Origin: Octopus bimaculoides
Taxonomy: Eukaryota
Length of the DNA: 52,215 nt
Assembly (NCBI RefSeq): GCF_001194135.2
Contig: NC_069008.1
Location: forward strand, 9,865,229 to 9,917,443
Direction: 5' to 3'
Of the stretch, positions 35,245-47,598 are shown in pieces. The notes beneath the pieces are model-generated. The model did not search any database. It saw nothing but the letters and a program-made list of their open reading frames with translations, and was not told where the DNA came from. The position numbers and the translations under genes are program-made. The stretch's first letter is position 1, and each line of letters opens with the position of its first letter.

Positions 35245-35875
35245 GATATATTTCAGTTATTAGACTGCAGCCATGCTGGGCCTTGAAGAATGTTTAGTTG
35301 AATCTGTCAACTCCAGTACTTATTTTTTTGTTAAGCCTGATACTTATTTTATCAGTTTTTTTTGCCGAACTGACAAGTTACAGGGACATAAACATATCAG
35401 GACTGTTTGTCAAACATTGGTATTGGCGGGCTGAGGTTAATTAGACTGTGAACATGCTGGGACACCACCTTGAAGAATTTTTAGTTGAATGTGTTGACCC
35501 CAGTACATTTTTTTAAAACCTGATATTCTATCCGACTCATTTGCTGAACTGCTAAGTTATAGCAATGTAAGCACACTAGCACCAATTGTCAAGAGGTAGT
35601 TGCAGGAACAAACACAAAGTCACATGCACATAGTTTTATACATATATATATATTCTTTTATTCCTTTACATGTTTCAGCCCTCAGGGATGTGGCCATGCT
35701 GGGGCACCACCAGCATGACAAGCCTCTTTCAGTCTCTGTTTACCAAATCCACTCACAAAGTTTTGGTCAGCCTTAGGCTGTAGTAGAAGACACGTGCCCA
35801 AGGTGCCATGCAGTGGGACAAGAACCCTGAACCACATGGTTGCGAAGCAAGCTTCTTCCCACACAACCATACCTG
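35245..35875 (-). mobile_element. Stack of family-A SINE pieces (two tails and one head)
   Basis: TTAGACTG..CATGCTGGG at about 35260, 35440 and 35690. Head CCCAAGGTGCCATGCAGTGGGAC..AACCACATGG at 35795-35860. Confidence 0.75.
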
Positions 35876-36294
35876 TACTTGTGTTGACACCTGTGCCTAG
35901 GGTGGGATTTTTGGTGGAAATTTGGCAACAGTTTTTCCAGACGTTTAGCAGTCATGTAAAGAAGAAATCTGGTGTGGTCTGTTTATGTGAAACCATGCCA
36001 TACATGAAAGAATGGTGATTGCTGGTTGACAATGGATATGTGTTGAGTGGTATGGTATATCATCATAGATGTTGGTGGCTGTTAACAAAGGAAGACAGTG
36101 GAAGAGAAAGTGGTTAACAGATGAGAGGAGATTCGAGAATATAAAAATAGAGATTTTGATGGGTGGGGTAAATGACATGTTGTTTGGAAGAAACAGTCCA
36201 ACCATTGCAGGTAACAAAGTGACAAATAGCAAAACTATCATCCCTGCCATCATCATCATCATTGCCATCATAGTCATTGTCAATGTTACCACCA

Positions 36295-36440
36295 TCTTAA
36301 GGCAATGAGCTGGCAGAATCAATATAATGCTGGGCAAAATACTCAGCAGCATTTCATCTGCGTTGAGCACTGGGGTCGATGCAAACAACTTACTCTCTCT
36401 CCCAAAATTCCTGGACTTGTACCATAACTTGAAAGCAATG
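36295..36440 (+). mobile_element. SINE family E with internal deletion
   Basis: TAAGGCAATGAGCTGGCAGAATC..GTTGAGCACTGGGGTCGATG..GGACTTGTACCA. Confidence 0.7.
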
Positions 36441-36479
36441 TTGCCACCATTATAGTCACCATCGTTGCCTTCCTTGTCA

Positions 36480-37105
36480 TATCTATCATGATCACTATCA
36501 TCATCCGTCATCGTCATCATCCGTCATCATCACCCTCATCCCCATTTCCATTGTTACCATTATCGTTGTCATCACAACTTTTGCAACAACTATCATCATC
36601 ACCTCTGATTATTATCATTATCATCACACCATCACTACCATCAACACCTCAATAATTACAATGGAGATGGTAAAGATGTATGATGAATGCAAAGCCCATA
36701 TTTTCTTACCCACCTGCCTTTCCCCAGAAACACACGCTCAAACATACTAACACCTAAACACATTGGCAAAGCACCGAATGCTCTATACATACACATAAAC
36801 ACCTCTACATATACACATCACCCATTAATTTGATCATCACACACACCCACAACTACCTATCACCCATATATACACATATTTGCCATAAACAAATACACAC
36901 ACATACACAAGCACGTGTGTGTGTGTGTGTATATAAACATACACAACATATACACACACACAAATGTATGTTTATGTGTGTGTGTATGTGTTTGTGTAAA
37001 TATGTGTGTGTGTGTATGTATATATATATATATATATATATAAATATATGTAAAAACATACACACCACAATATACACATTATACACATGCAAATGTGTGT
37101 ATGTG

Positions 37106-37158
<53 letters not shown>

Positions 37159-37400
37159 ACACGTACACGCACGCATACACACACACATTCGAACGCTCAT
37201 ATTTCAGCCATCCCACCACCACCACCACCACTGTTTTTCTCACACTTCTATCAACACAGAAACACATGTTGCACATTCATTAACACACTGACTGACACTC
37301 ACCCATTATTCCAGCTTTACTCGCAATTAAGCACACACACACAACTATATATATGCACATACATATACTGCCACATACAAACACACTTATACACCTAATC
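36480..37400. repeat. (CAT)n-rich and (CA)/(TG)/(TA) compound microsatellite field
   Basis: Read directly from the sequence. Confidence 0.95.
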
Positions 37401-37744
37401 TCATTGGCAAATATTTGCCAATCACCATGAAAAGGACTACTTGCCAGATTTAGATCTAGAATTAGACAGACACAACAACAACAAGCACTACTTTAAAAAC
37501 TGCAGCCAAGCCAAAGAGGATAACCACTATGTGGTACTTAGATCTGGGTGAAATAGCAGCTGACTCTTTCCCAGATCACACAATACTGCCTTATGTATTA
37601 TAATCACCACTGTTGTCATCATCATCATTGTTTTAATGTCTACTTTTTTCATACTTGCAAATATCAGACAGGATTTGTTGAGGCAGGTTTGCTATGGCTT
37701 GATGCTCTTCATGTCACCAACCCTCAAATGTTTTCAAACCAGCT

Positions 37745-37915
37745 AATGATATGCAGGATGATATCCCCATAGCATGTTTCCATGATATGCAGGATGATAT
37801 TCCCATGGCTTGTTTCCTCGATATGCAAGATGATATCCCCATAGCATTTTCCATGATATGCAGGATGATATCTTCATGGCATGTTTCCATGATATGCAGG
37901 ATGATATTCTCATGA
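37745..37915 (+). repeat. 36-bp minisatellite, ~4.7 copies, inside a minus-strand module-B SINE (37610-37990)
   Basis: Unit ATGATATGCAGGATGATATCCCCATAGCATGTTTCC. Confidence 0.92.
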
Positions 37916-38429
37916 CCAGGCATATTTCCACAGTTGGTGGCATATTTACAGCAATCATATGATGTCAAGAAATACAAACAAGTGCAGATGCAAAAATGTA
38001 TATTTGTACATATTCTGTATGTTTATGTACATATATACAGACATACATGTATGTATGTATAGATGAACCAACAAGGGAGATCCCTACATAGTAACTAGGA
38101 CCTGTGAGCAATAGCTGATAAATCTCCCTCAAACGCTAATGTATGTAAATATATATGAGCCAATGGTGTAAATCTCTACATGGTAGCTAGATGTGATAGA
38201 AATCCGCCAAATCACTCTCCAGTCAAACCCTAATGTGTAATTAAAGGGAGCATTAATTAAGCTATGTGCTCCTTGTACACTGTGATGAAAAGTAAAAAGG
38301 ATGGTCAATGATGGAAGACATATATATATTTATATATATATATATATATATATAGGATTATAGGTGATATTGAATTTACTACTGCTACATGCCTATATAT
38401 GCATGTGTGTGTGTACATATATAGACACA

Positions 38430-38815
38430 GGTGTGGTTGTGTGTTAAGAAGTGGTTGCTTTTCAGCTATATAGCTCTGAGTTCTGTTCCACTACATAGCA
38501 CCTTGGGTAAGTGTCTTCTACTACAGGCCCAGGCTGATCAAAACCTTGTGAGTGGAATTGGTAGATTGAAACAGAAAGAAACCTGTCATGTGTGTGTGTT
38601 TGTGTCTCTGTTTGTTCCCCCCATCACTGCTTGACAACTGATGTTGGTATGTTTACATCCTCGTAACATCAGTGGTTTGGCAAAAAGAGAATGATAGAAT
38701 AAGTACCAGGCATAAAAAAAAAATGAGTACTAGGGTCAATTCATTCAACTAAAAGTTCTTCAAGGCGGTGCCCCAGCATGGCTGCAGACTAATAACTGAA
38801 ACAAAGAAAAAAAAA
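38430..38815 (+). mobile_element. SINE family A, full length
   Basis: Head, CORE-like ACCTTGGGTAAGTGTCTTCT, (TG)n and tail GGTGCCCCAGCATGGCTGCAG..ACTGAAAC. Confidence 0.82.
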
Positions 38816-39589
38816 TGACAAAGAAATGTGTGCACGCACACACACACATACACTCATCACCATCTTCATCTTCACAGCATTGTTTTTGAACATTTACTTT
38901 TCTAAGCTTATACGGGGTTAGTTGAGAGAATATTGGAGCAGATTTTTCTATGGCTTGACGCCTTTCCTTATGCCAACTCCCATTTCTAAGTGAGGTAATA
39001 ATTTCCCAGTTTGTCAAACAACAAACAACCTAGCCATGTTTATATGGAGAACTAGAAACAAATGACACTTAGTTTAGCCACTTTTTATAACTAATGAGCA
39101 GAAATATAAAATCACATAGACACATACATATATATATTAGGCCCAGGTATGGCTGCGTGGTAAGAAGCTTACTTACCAACTGTATGGATCCGAAGTTAGT
39201 CCCACATTTTCTTCTCTGCACCATGATCTGAAATGCAAAACTTTTTCTACCCTGATGACAGAGGCTAAGCTTATCCGATGTCCATTACTGGCTGTATATT
39301 TTGGTGAACTACATCTACCAACATTATGATGATTATCCAAGCCCCCAGAAACAGCTGTGGGGCTTATAACACCTTACTTCCCCCCCACCTTTAATTTTCT
39401 CTGTCGTTTGTACTCTGTAAATGTTTGATCTATTAATACATAAGTATCATTAAATAGCCATTGTCTGGAAATCTTCAGTCTTTGCTTTCATTCTTTTTAC
39501 TTGGATACACACATATATATATTCCGTATATCAAACCAAGCTGTTATATTTAATTTCTTTATCTACATAATTGCCTCTATATTCTATAA

Positions 39590-39790
39590 TTATTTTTACT
39601 TGTTTCAGTCATTTGACTGCTGCCATGCTGGAACACCACCTTTAGTCGAGCAAATCGACACCAGGACTTACTTATTCTTTGTAAGCCTAGTACTTATTCT
39701 ATCAGTCATTTTTGCCAAACCACTAAGTTACAGGGACGTAAACACACCAACATAGATCTCAAGCAATGGTGGGGGGATAAACACACGTAT

Positions 39791-39832
<42 letters not shown>

Positions 39833-39985
39833 ACAGAGACATATATGTGATGGGCTTCTTTCAGTTTCCATCTACCAAATCCACTTACAAGGCTTTGTAC
39901 AGCCTGAGGCTATAGTCGAAGACATTTGCCCAAGGTGCCACACAGTGGAACTGAACCCAGAATCATGTGGTTTGGAAGCAAACTT
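39590..39985 (-). mobile_element. SINE family A, near full length
   Basis: Reverse complement of the family A consensus, including TTGCCCAAGGTGCCAC. Confidence 0.82.
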
Positions 39986-40001
39986 TTTCTGTGTACATAT
40001 A

Positions 40002-41285
40002 CGATGGGGTGCCCAAAAGAAACCAGAATTTAGCAATATTATTTTATTCACTTAGTTTTACATGTTTATACTTTTATCACCTTCAAAGTATTCTCCATTT
40101 GAAGCAATGCATCAATCCAGGCCTTTTTCCCCCTATTCGAATCAGTGCTGGAACCTTTGCAAAGTGATGCCTTTTAATGCCTCCATTGCTTTTTCTTCAC
40201 CTCTTCCGCATCTGCAAAACGTTTGCCTTTAAGGATTTTTTTCATTTGGGAGAACAAAAAATGCTGCAGGGAACAAGAACAGGCGAATAAGGAGGGTGGG
40301 CAAGCAGGGTCATACTGTTTTTAGTCAAAGACTGTCTCATACACAAGGCTGTATGCACAGGTGCATTGTCATGATGAAACCACCACTCTTCACTTTGCCA
40401 CAGGTCAGTGCATTTTCATCCCACCATGCCTCACAAATTCTTCAGAACTGCCATGTAAAATGTCTGGTTAACAGTGTGACCATGAGAAACAAATTCTGTG
40501 TGGACAATTCCTTTCACATCAATGAAACAAATTAGCATTGTCTTGACATTGTACTTCACTTGACTCACATTTTTGGGGTGTGGTGACATTGAATGCTTCC
40601 ATTGATTTGACTGCTGCTTCGTTTCCAGGCCACAGCCATAGTACCAGCTTTCATCACCAGTGACGACCTTTGAATAAGGGTCTGGATCAACACGCATTCA
40701 GTCATGACTACTTTTGACCTTCATTAAGTAAACGAGGCACAAATTTTGCTGCAACTCTTTTCATTTCCATTTCTTTGCTCAAAATTCATTGACAGGCGCT
40801 CCAGAACACACCAGTCATATCAACAAGTTTGTCAATTATTTGGTGACAGTCCTCCAAGATCAGTTCATAAATTTTCATGATGTTTTCATTCATTCAGGAG
40901 GTTGATGGTTGCCCTTAACAAGGTTGGTCCTCAAGCAACGAGTAACCATTCCTAAACCATGAAAACCACTCATAAACTTGTGCTTTGGTCATGGCAGCAT
41001 CCTGTTTGATGCATGACAACTGTTTTGACCAACGTTTTCCCCAGCAGAAAACAGAATTTCATGGAAGCACACTGTTCTTTTGTTCCAGACATCACAAAAA
41101 TCGATGAACAGGGGAGAAGCACTGCAAAACAAAGACATACCATGTGACAATACAACTTCACTCGATGCCACTGGCCAGAAGACTGATGCCTGAGGGTCAC
41201 ATCAAGTGGCTTCTAGCAGCAAGAAGCCCGAACTACAATGAGCTTGTCTCTACAGAGAACGTTTCCAGTTACTTTTGGGTACCTG

Positions 41286-41289
<4 letters not shown>
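40002..41289 (-). mobile_element. Full-length mariner (DD34D-type), 1288 bp, inactivated
   Basis: TIRs CGATGGGGTGCCCAAAAGAAACCAGAAT and reverse-complement TGAGCAGGTACCCAAAAGTAACTGGAAA, with TA on both sides. Translation gives KVVTGDESWYYG.LETKQQSNQWK..KTMLICFIDVKGIVHTEFV and EQCASMKFCFLLGK. Confidence 0.92.
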
Positions 41290-41319
<30 letters not shown>

Positions 41320-41403
41320 AGAATAAGGGCAGGGAATCGTCAATTAATAATAGAATTAATAAGTTGGAGAAGCAACTCAATGCTAATCCCTGTATATTTA
41401 TGA

Positions 41404-41457
<54 letters not shown>

Positions 41458-41462
41458 TTTGA

Positions 41463-41826
41463 GTGCTAATGGCACGTAAAAGCAGCCTGTGCTGGTGCCG
41501 CATAAAACCACTCATGCTGATGACATGTACAAGCACCCACACTGGGGCCATAAAAAAGCACCAATGCCAATTCCACACAAGAGTGCTTTTGCTGATGTCA
41601 CATAAAGGCATTTGTGCCAGTGTCACATAAAAGTGCCCATGCTGGTACCACATAATAGCCCGCAGTACACTCTGTAATGTGGTTGACATTAGGAAGGGTA
41701 TCCAGCTGTAGAAACCATGCCAAAACAGACAAATGGAACCCTAACAGCTTTCCAGTTGGCCAGCCTCTGTCAAACTGTACAATCCATGCCAGCATGGAAA
41801 ATGGATGTTTAACAACAATGATGATG
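41463..41826 (+). mobile_element. Tail module C variant with a ~27-bp hairpin-unit array
   Basis: About 8 degenerate units of GTGCYGGTGKCACRTAAAAGCACC, then AGGAAGGGTATCCAGCTGTAGAAAC..CCATGCCAGCATGGAAAATGGA. Confidence 0.75.
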
Positions 41827-41924
41827 AATTAAATTTATGAATATATATTACTCAAAGTATACAATAGTATGGATCATTACAGCTGATCTTACCACAGGCT
41901 GTTAGGTGGGCAGGTAAGGTAAGG

Positions 41925-42170
41925 TTCCTTCCCGAGTCATATGAAGTCATAGGGCCAGTTCCCCAGTTTCCATGGCATATTTATTCCTCAGCTGGATGAG
42001 ACACTGGTCTGTCACAGGATCACTCACTTTTGCCAGCTGAGCAGACTGGAGCAACGTGAAATGAAGTGCTTTGCTCAAGAACACAAAACATTGTCTAGTC
42101 CAGGAATTGAAACCACAATCTTATGATCATGAGTCCAACACCCTAACCACTGAGCCACACACTTCCACTG
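41925..42170 (-). mobile_element. SINE family D
   Basis: GGGCCAGTTCCCCAGTTTCCATGGC..GGAGCAACGTGAAATGAAGTG..CCTAACCACTGAGCCACACAC. Confidence 0.78.
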
Positions 42171-42426
42171 ATATTAGGTAACTGAGTGGTTATCTAATAC
42201 AAGTGCTCTTCAGGGATGGCAGGTAAAGAAAAAATATTGTGAATCATTTCCATACCTACTATTTGCAAAGATAATATGTTTTAGATAACTGCCTGTTACC
42301 TAATATCTGGTGTGAAATTGATTGGTAAGATTGGCTGCAATTGATCTATAATATTATTTACTTTGACTGACAAATGAATGCCCATTTTCTGGACCTTTGG
42401 ATTTTTAGACAACTTTATATATACTT

Positions 42427-42459
<33 letters not shown>

Positions 42460-42537
42460 CATCTATACACACAGAAACACACACATTCAAGCAAACCCAC
42501 ATATATACAATATACATATATAGTATATACAGACATA

Positions 42538-43405
42538 CAGGGTGTGGTGAATAAACTCTCGTCTAAATTACGCAAAAATGAAAATAAGACTGACATCTCA
42601 TTTAACAGATATATTTATTAAAATTACATAAAAATATCTTGAAATACTAAAGAGTAAATTTATTCAATAAAATCGCCATTGTCTTCAACCACAGCCTCTA
42701 GACAACTCCAGAATCTCCTGCAGCTCTTCCGGATAGTCTTCTTGTTTAAGTTGGTGAATGCTGCCATAATCCTTGCCTTCAGTTCATCTTTGGTGTTACA
42801 AGGATTTTTGTTGGGCTCTCACTCAACTGCGCCCCACACATAATAATCAGGCGGGGATGCAGTCTGGGAAGTTAGGTAGTCAGATGTTAGGGGTGATGTG
42901 GTTGCAGAAATTGTCTGACAGTCCTAACTGGGTTCTCCTGCTTGTTTGGCAGGGTGCAGAGTCCTGTTGCCAGACATAGGGTCTTCCAGTACCCACCCTC
43001 TTGACTCAGAGCAGCACTATCTCCTCTAGGCACTTGATGTAGGTCTCCATGTTGAGTCTGAGGCCGTATGGGAAGATGAATGGAGGTATAACATTGCCAT
43101 CATTAGTGATGACTCCAAACACTATGATGTTGACTGGATGCTTGATTTGTATCGATCTTGATACATGTCTTCAGATTGACACCCAAACACTCTGAAATGT
43201 TCGTATTGAAACTTCTGGCTTGAATGCTAAGCAGTACAGCATGTCGTTTCCAAATTTCTGGTAGAGTGGATTGTGTTATGGTGCTGTTTTTCTCACAGAT
43301 GGTGCCCAACTGACCCTACTATACTGTGTAGTCGACAAAATTGAAAACAAACAATGCACAAAATTAAAAATGTAAAATGGCAACAATTTACCCATGACAT
43401 ACCTT
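42538..43405 (-). mobile_element. maT/DD37D-like Tc1/mariner element, internally deleted
   Basis: The minus strand reads TGRPYVWQQDSAPCQTSRRTQ..DNFCNHITPNI*LPNFPDC..DYYVWGAVE. TA|CAGGGTG marks the left end; the right end is uncertain. Confidence 0.85.
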
Positions 43406-45094
43406 GTGTATATACATATATTTATAGTATATATACTATATATATACTGTGTGAGTAGAGTACATATATAGTTAGAAGACAAAAGAGACTAAAAAATCCT
43501 GGCTAATATCAATAAAGCACTCATTATTAAAAGAATTTGGTTAATAATATTCAACAATTAGGCACCGTTAATATTGTGTTACCATATTTTTTGAGAAATA
43601 TTAATTTTAACTTGTGGGACCCGTGAATATTTCATAGAATTAATGGTAAACCACTTGGATTATTTCTGAAAATTTTATCCAAAAAACCTGAAAGCGTAGC
43701 CTGTGTTGTGTTTGAATGGAAAGATAGTCCCTCATCTGCTATGATTACTTAATGTATTTTATATACTTTATGCACAATTTTAAAGGCATAATACATATCA
43801 CTCATAAAATATTCACTCTTATTTTTCCATTTTCCCCATAAACAAAAATAATATCCCATACATATGATACAACCTTTAGTTAAATTGCATATGTCTGCCA
43901 TGTGAATAAGCATGAATATTTCACAGAATTGCTCTTATGCGCATGTGTAAAGTGATAAGTGATTAAAAAAAACTTAGTTTAATTTTAAAAAATACACTTT
44001 TCACTATCCACACACTATTGCCACCTCCACCACCACCATCATCATCATCTGTATTTCTCTCCCTCTCTCTCTCTGCCTTTCTTTAGCCTCACCATCAGAG
44101 CATCACACTCCCCCCTCCCGTGCTAAAATTATGTCTCATTCTCTTTCTCTATATCTCTTCTTCAACTAACTTTTTTAACCAAGTAATAAATATTACATTC
44201 CCCCTACCTCATGTCATGGACACTTCTCTCCCTCTTTTTCTCTCTCCCTCTTTTTCTCTCCTTTTTCTTTCTCTCACTCATGTGAAAACATTATGGATGA
44301 GCTAAGTAAGGAATGACAAGCAGAGTTATTATAAGATGATCGTGTGTGTGTGTGTGTGTGTGTGTGTGTCTCAATGCAACAGAAACAATTGTCAGCATTC
44401 TACATACAAACTTATCCTAAGGCTGATGCCCCATGTCATACTACACTGGGTACTGAGTAAAATGTGAAACTCACTAATGACCCCAGGCTTTGGTTACAGA
44501 CTGCACTTCATAATGCTTTGTTTCATTATATTTATATATATATTTGAATGTGTGTGTGTGTGTGTGTGTATGTGTGTGTGTACATACAGAACTCAACGGT
44601 GACTCTTCACACTCTTGAGGGAAGGTTAATTACTCTAAAACACAAACTCAGGGCACTGAACGAAAACCTTCACTACCACAGGCAAATTTTTAACTGAAGC
44701 TGTATAAATCACAAGTTTACTTCTAATCCACTGACATTATACAGAGAGATGAGCATGGAAAATATTACTGTTAAGAAGTCACCTATCCCAAGAAGATCTT
44801 GAATCATACTGGTTGAAAATCTGGAACAAAAAGATAGATTCCAACCTTAATGCATTGTAGCTAAATGCAGTAGCTAAATGTAACTAAAGAGAGAATACTG
44901 TACCAACATCAACAGTAAAGCAAATGCAATTGATCCAGAAATTTTCACCATAGCTATAGGCTAACTACATAATGGGAAGGCACCTGGAAGGAACCTAATA
45001 GTTAGATGTTGGGACAAGGGGCTGACCACTGATATGTATATTCAGAAGCACTATAGAAGGTCAGATTGACATACCAAATTGGCTTGTTATAGCA

Positions 45095-45310
45095 TGGACA
45101 TATTTTGGAACATTCCTATCAAAACGTCTATCATAACAGGTTGGATATTGTCGTTAAAAAAGTATGTAGTGTCATAGAGGTCAGCTGTCCTTCTGATGTG
45201 AATATCTCTTTGAAAATCAAAGAGAAAAAGGAGAGCTTCAAAACCTCCAGCTTTTATATCCAGATTACAAATTTTCATCTATACTTATAATAATACATGT
45301 ATTTGTTTTT
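45095..45310 (+). mobile_element. RLE-type (R2/R4/NeSL group) non-LTR retrotransposon endonuclease relic
   Basis: FWNIPIKTS / HNRLDIVVKKVCSVIEVSCPSDVNISLKIKEK / LQLLYPDYKFSSILII matches the W..PI.TD...HNRPDIV...IDV..P.D.NI..K..EK pattern. Confidence 0.65.
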
Positions 45311-47598
45311 TGAGTAAATGCCGAACTGACAATCTGGCTAAGCTTGGATTTTCAGAAAAAAAAATTAACCAACTAACTTGTACAATTCAAATGTAAAAAT
45401 ATGCAAGACCGTTCTCAAGTTTCAACTGTGACATTGTTTTCGGTACCATCATTCCAATAATGGAGCTTTGTATCTTTGTTAGAAACCAGCTCTTTCCTCA
45501 GAGGAAGAATTTAAATAATTAAAAACAGAAAACATACACATGCACATACACAATACCTAATATATGTATAGTTCTCATTTGAGTATATACTGTAGTTCAA
45601 AGCAGAAATTTATAAACAAGATATATAAAGCCAGTAATACTAAATAAGTAATATATAAATAATAAACAATAAATAAGAGTTTCTGTGTGGCCAGGACAAA
45701 ACGAGACAAACAGACAAGACAGCTGAATAATTTATTCAATACACATTAAAATATTCTATTGGATAGAAAGTGGTATATGGTTGGCAAATCTTTTTCATAT
45801 AAATGTACATTCATGCATATATGCACATACTCACGCATACAAACACATACATTGGTAAGTATGTACATGTGTGAGTAAGTACCTGTATGTATGTTTTATC
45901 TTTATAACTAGCAATGCTCCTTGGCATTACCCGAGTGTTATGACCTACAGCCACATTGTATTATTTGTTCCTTTCTTATAGGCAGAATCGGTACATGAGG
46001 AGTATCAAGCAAACAATTCTTCTTTATAAACATATTTTTCAGTCATTTTCTGATGAACGATGGTGAGATTTTTGACACCAAAAACATGTACAATGGTAGC
46101 TTAGATTAGAATGAAATCATAACATTGTGCCCAAAATGACCTCAAAATTGTGCAACCTAGCCTCATTTTGGTGTTAATTTTTGTAGTAAAATAGGGATGC
46201 TGTGCAAAAAACTTACTTTACACTGGTAGCCGAAAGATTGCTGAATATTTTGATATCTCATACAGCAATATTGGCAACTCAGTTTCATGGCTACAAATCA
46301 AGTAATGTAGAAGCTGAAATAATTCTTACCTGTCCCATAATATTTGTTGATAACTGTGAACAGCACACGTATACATTAGCTTCCCCAATAAAAAGGCCAT
46401 GTTCAAAAGTATTATGGTTTTCTGCAAGTATCAGTTTATATCAATGTCAAGGCCAACAGAACAAAGAAGGGATTTTTGGGGCTGTATGTATATATATGGG
46501 TATAAGTAACCAGGGTTAGTGATGCAGGCAGTTTGGCATAAATGTACAGGAATACTGTGCTTGAAAATAAATAGGTTATGCTGGTATGCAGAGGTAGGGC
46601 AGTAGTAATGGAGTGATGTATGGCTTCATGGCTGATGAAGAGTGAAAACCTAAGAAATAAAGTAAAGTATTATTAATAATGGCCACAACTCTGAGCTGAA
46701 AGTACAGAAAAAAAAAGTTTCACAAGAAAAGGACTTTGTTTTGCTTTTCAGGGCAAACATGCAAAAGTTAGCAATCGAGACTTAGGGATGTAAAGAAATT
46801 GATGCCGAATAAGGACATATGGGTATCTATATTGCAGAAGGTAAGGTACATGGAAAGAAAGTTACTTCATTGTGAAAAGCCCCATTTCTGTAATGTTTGG
46901 GTGGACTGCACACTTCAGCAAATGTTCTGTGAATCCGACAATGTTTGTAGGTAAACTATGTTTTGTGTGACTCCAGTGTTGGTAGAATAAATATACATGA
47001 AGCCCTTCTTTGCCATGTTGTCATACATAGTATGTAAAACTTACTTTGCCAGAAAAATTGGAAGAATGACACAATATGCAGTCTCTCTTTATTTCTAACA
47101 AAACAGAGCCCTGTTTTTTTTTAGAAATAAGAATGACCCAGAGCAAGATCACAATCAAATTGAAATTTGGTTTGTACACTTCTTGGGCACATTTACGAGT
47201 TTTAATACTTTATCCGCAGTAAATTAAAGGGATGTTACAGATAATTTATTTTCATATCATAATTCTCTGTTAGTAAATGATTTTCTCTTACACAAACACC
47301 CAGCAATTTTGATTTCTAAGTGTTTAAAAAATTATTTGGAATTTATAAAGAGAAATGAATGGCAGAATCAAACTGTCCATATTTTAAAACCAAAAATTAT
47401 TTTTATAAAATCGAAAGACAGTGGAAAGTTTTGGAATTAGTTGGGGTGAGGAATATTTTTAAAAAGGTATTTTTTTTTATTGGATAAGCATATTAATTCC
47501 ATTATGCAGAAGATAGAATTGAAAAAAATTGTGAAAATTCTTAAAAGTTTTAAAGTTATGAGGGGTTTTAGTACGTGTTTCGATCAGAACTCCACCAA

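Noticed and set aside
35945-36520. 191-aa minus-strand ORF with a hydrophobic stretch
   Set aside because: It is built from (CAT)n repeats and a SINE-E copy, with no recognisable domain.
46048-46096. CTGATGA..TGGTG/CACCA..AAAACATGTA hammerhead-like motif
   Set aside because: GAAA is replaced by AAAA, stem II is offset and stem I is weak; it cannot be distinguished from chance.
45905-46200. Possible Helitron-type non-autonomous element starting ACTAGCAATGCTCCTTGGCATTACCCGAG
   Set aside because: Only a loose resemblance at one end; no 3' hairpin-CTRR end or second copy was found.
46752-46840. Plus-strand exon-like segment with a good acceptor and donor
   Set aside because: All three frames contain stops and there is no partner exon; at best it is UTR or non-coding.
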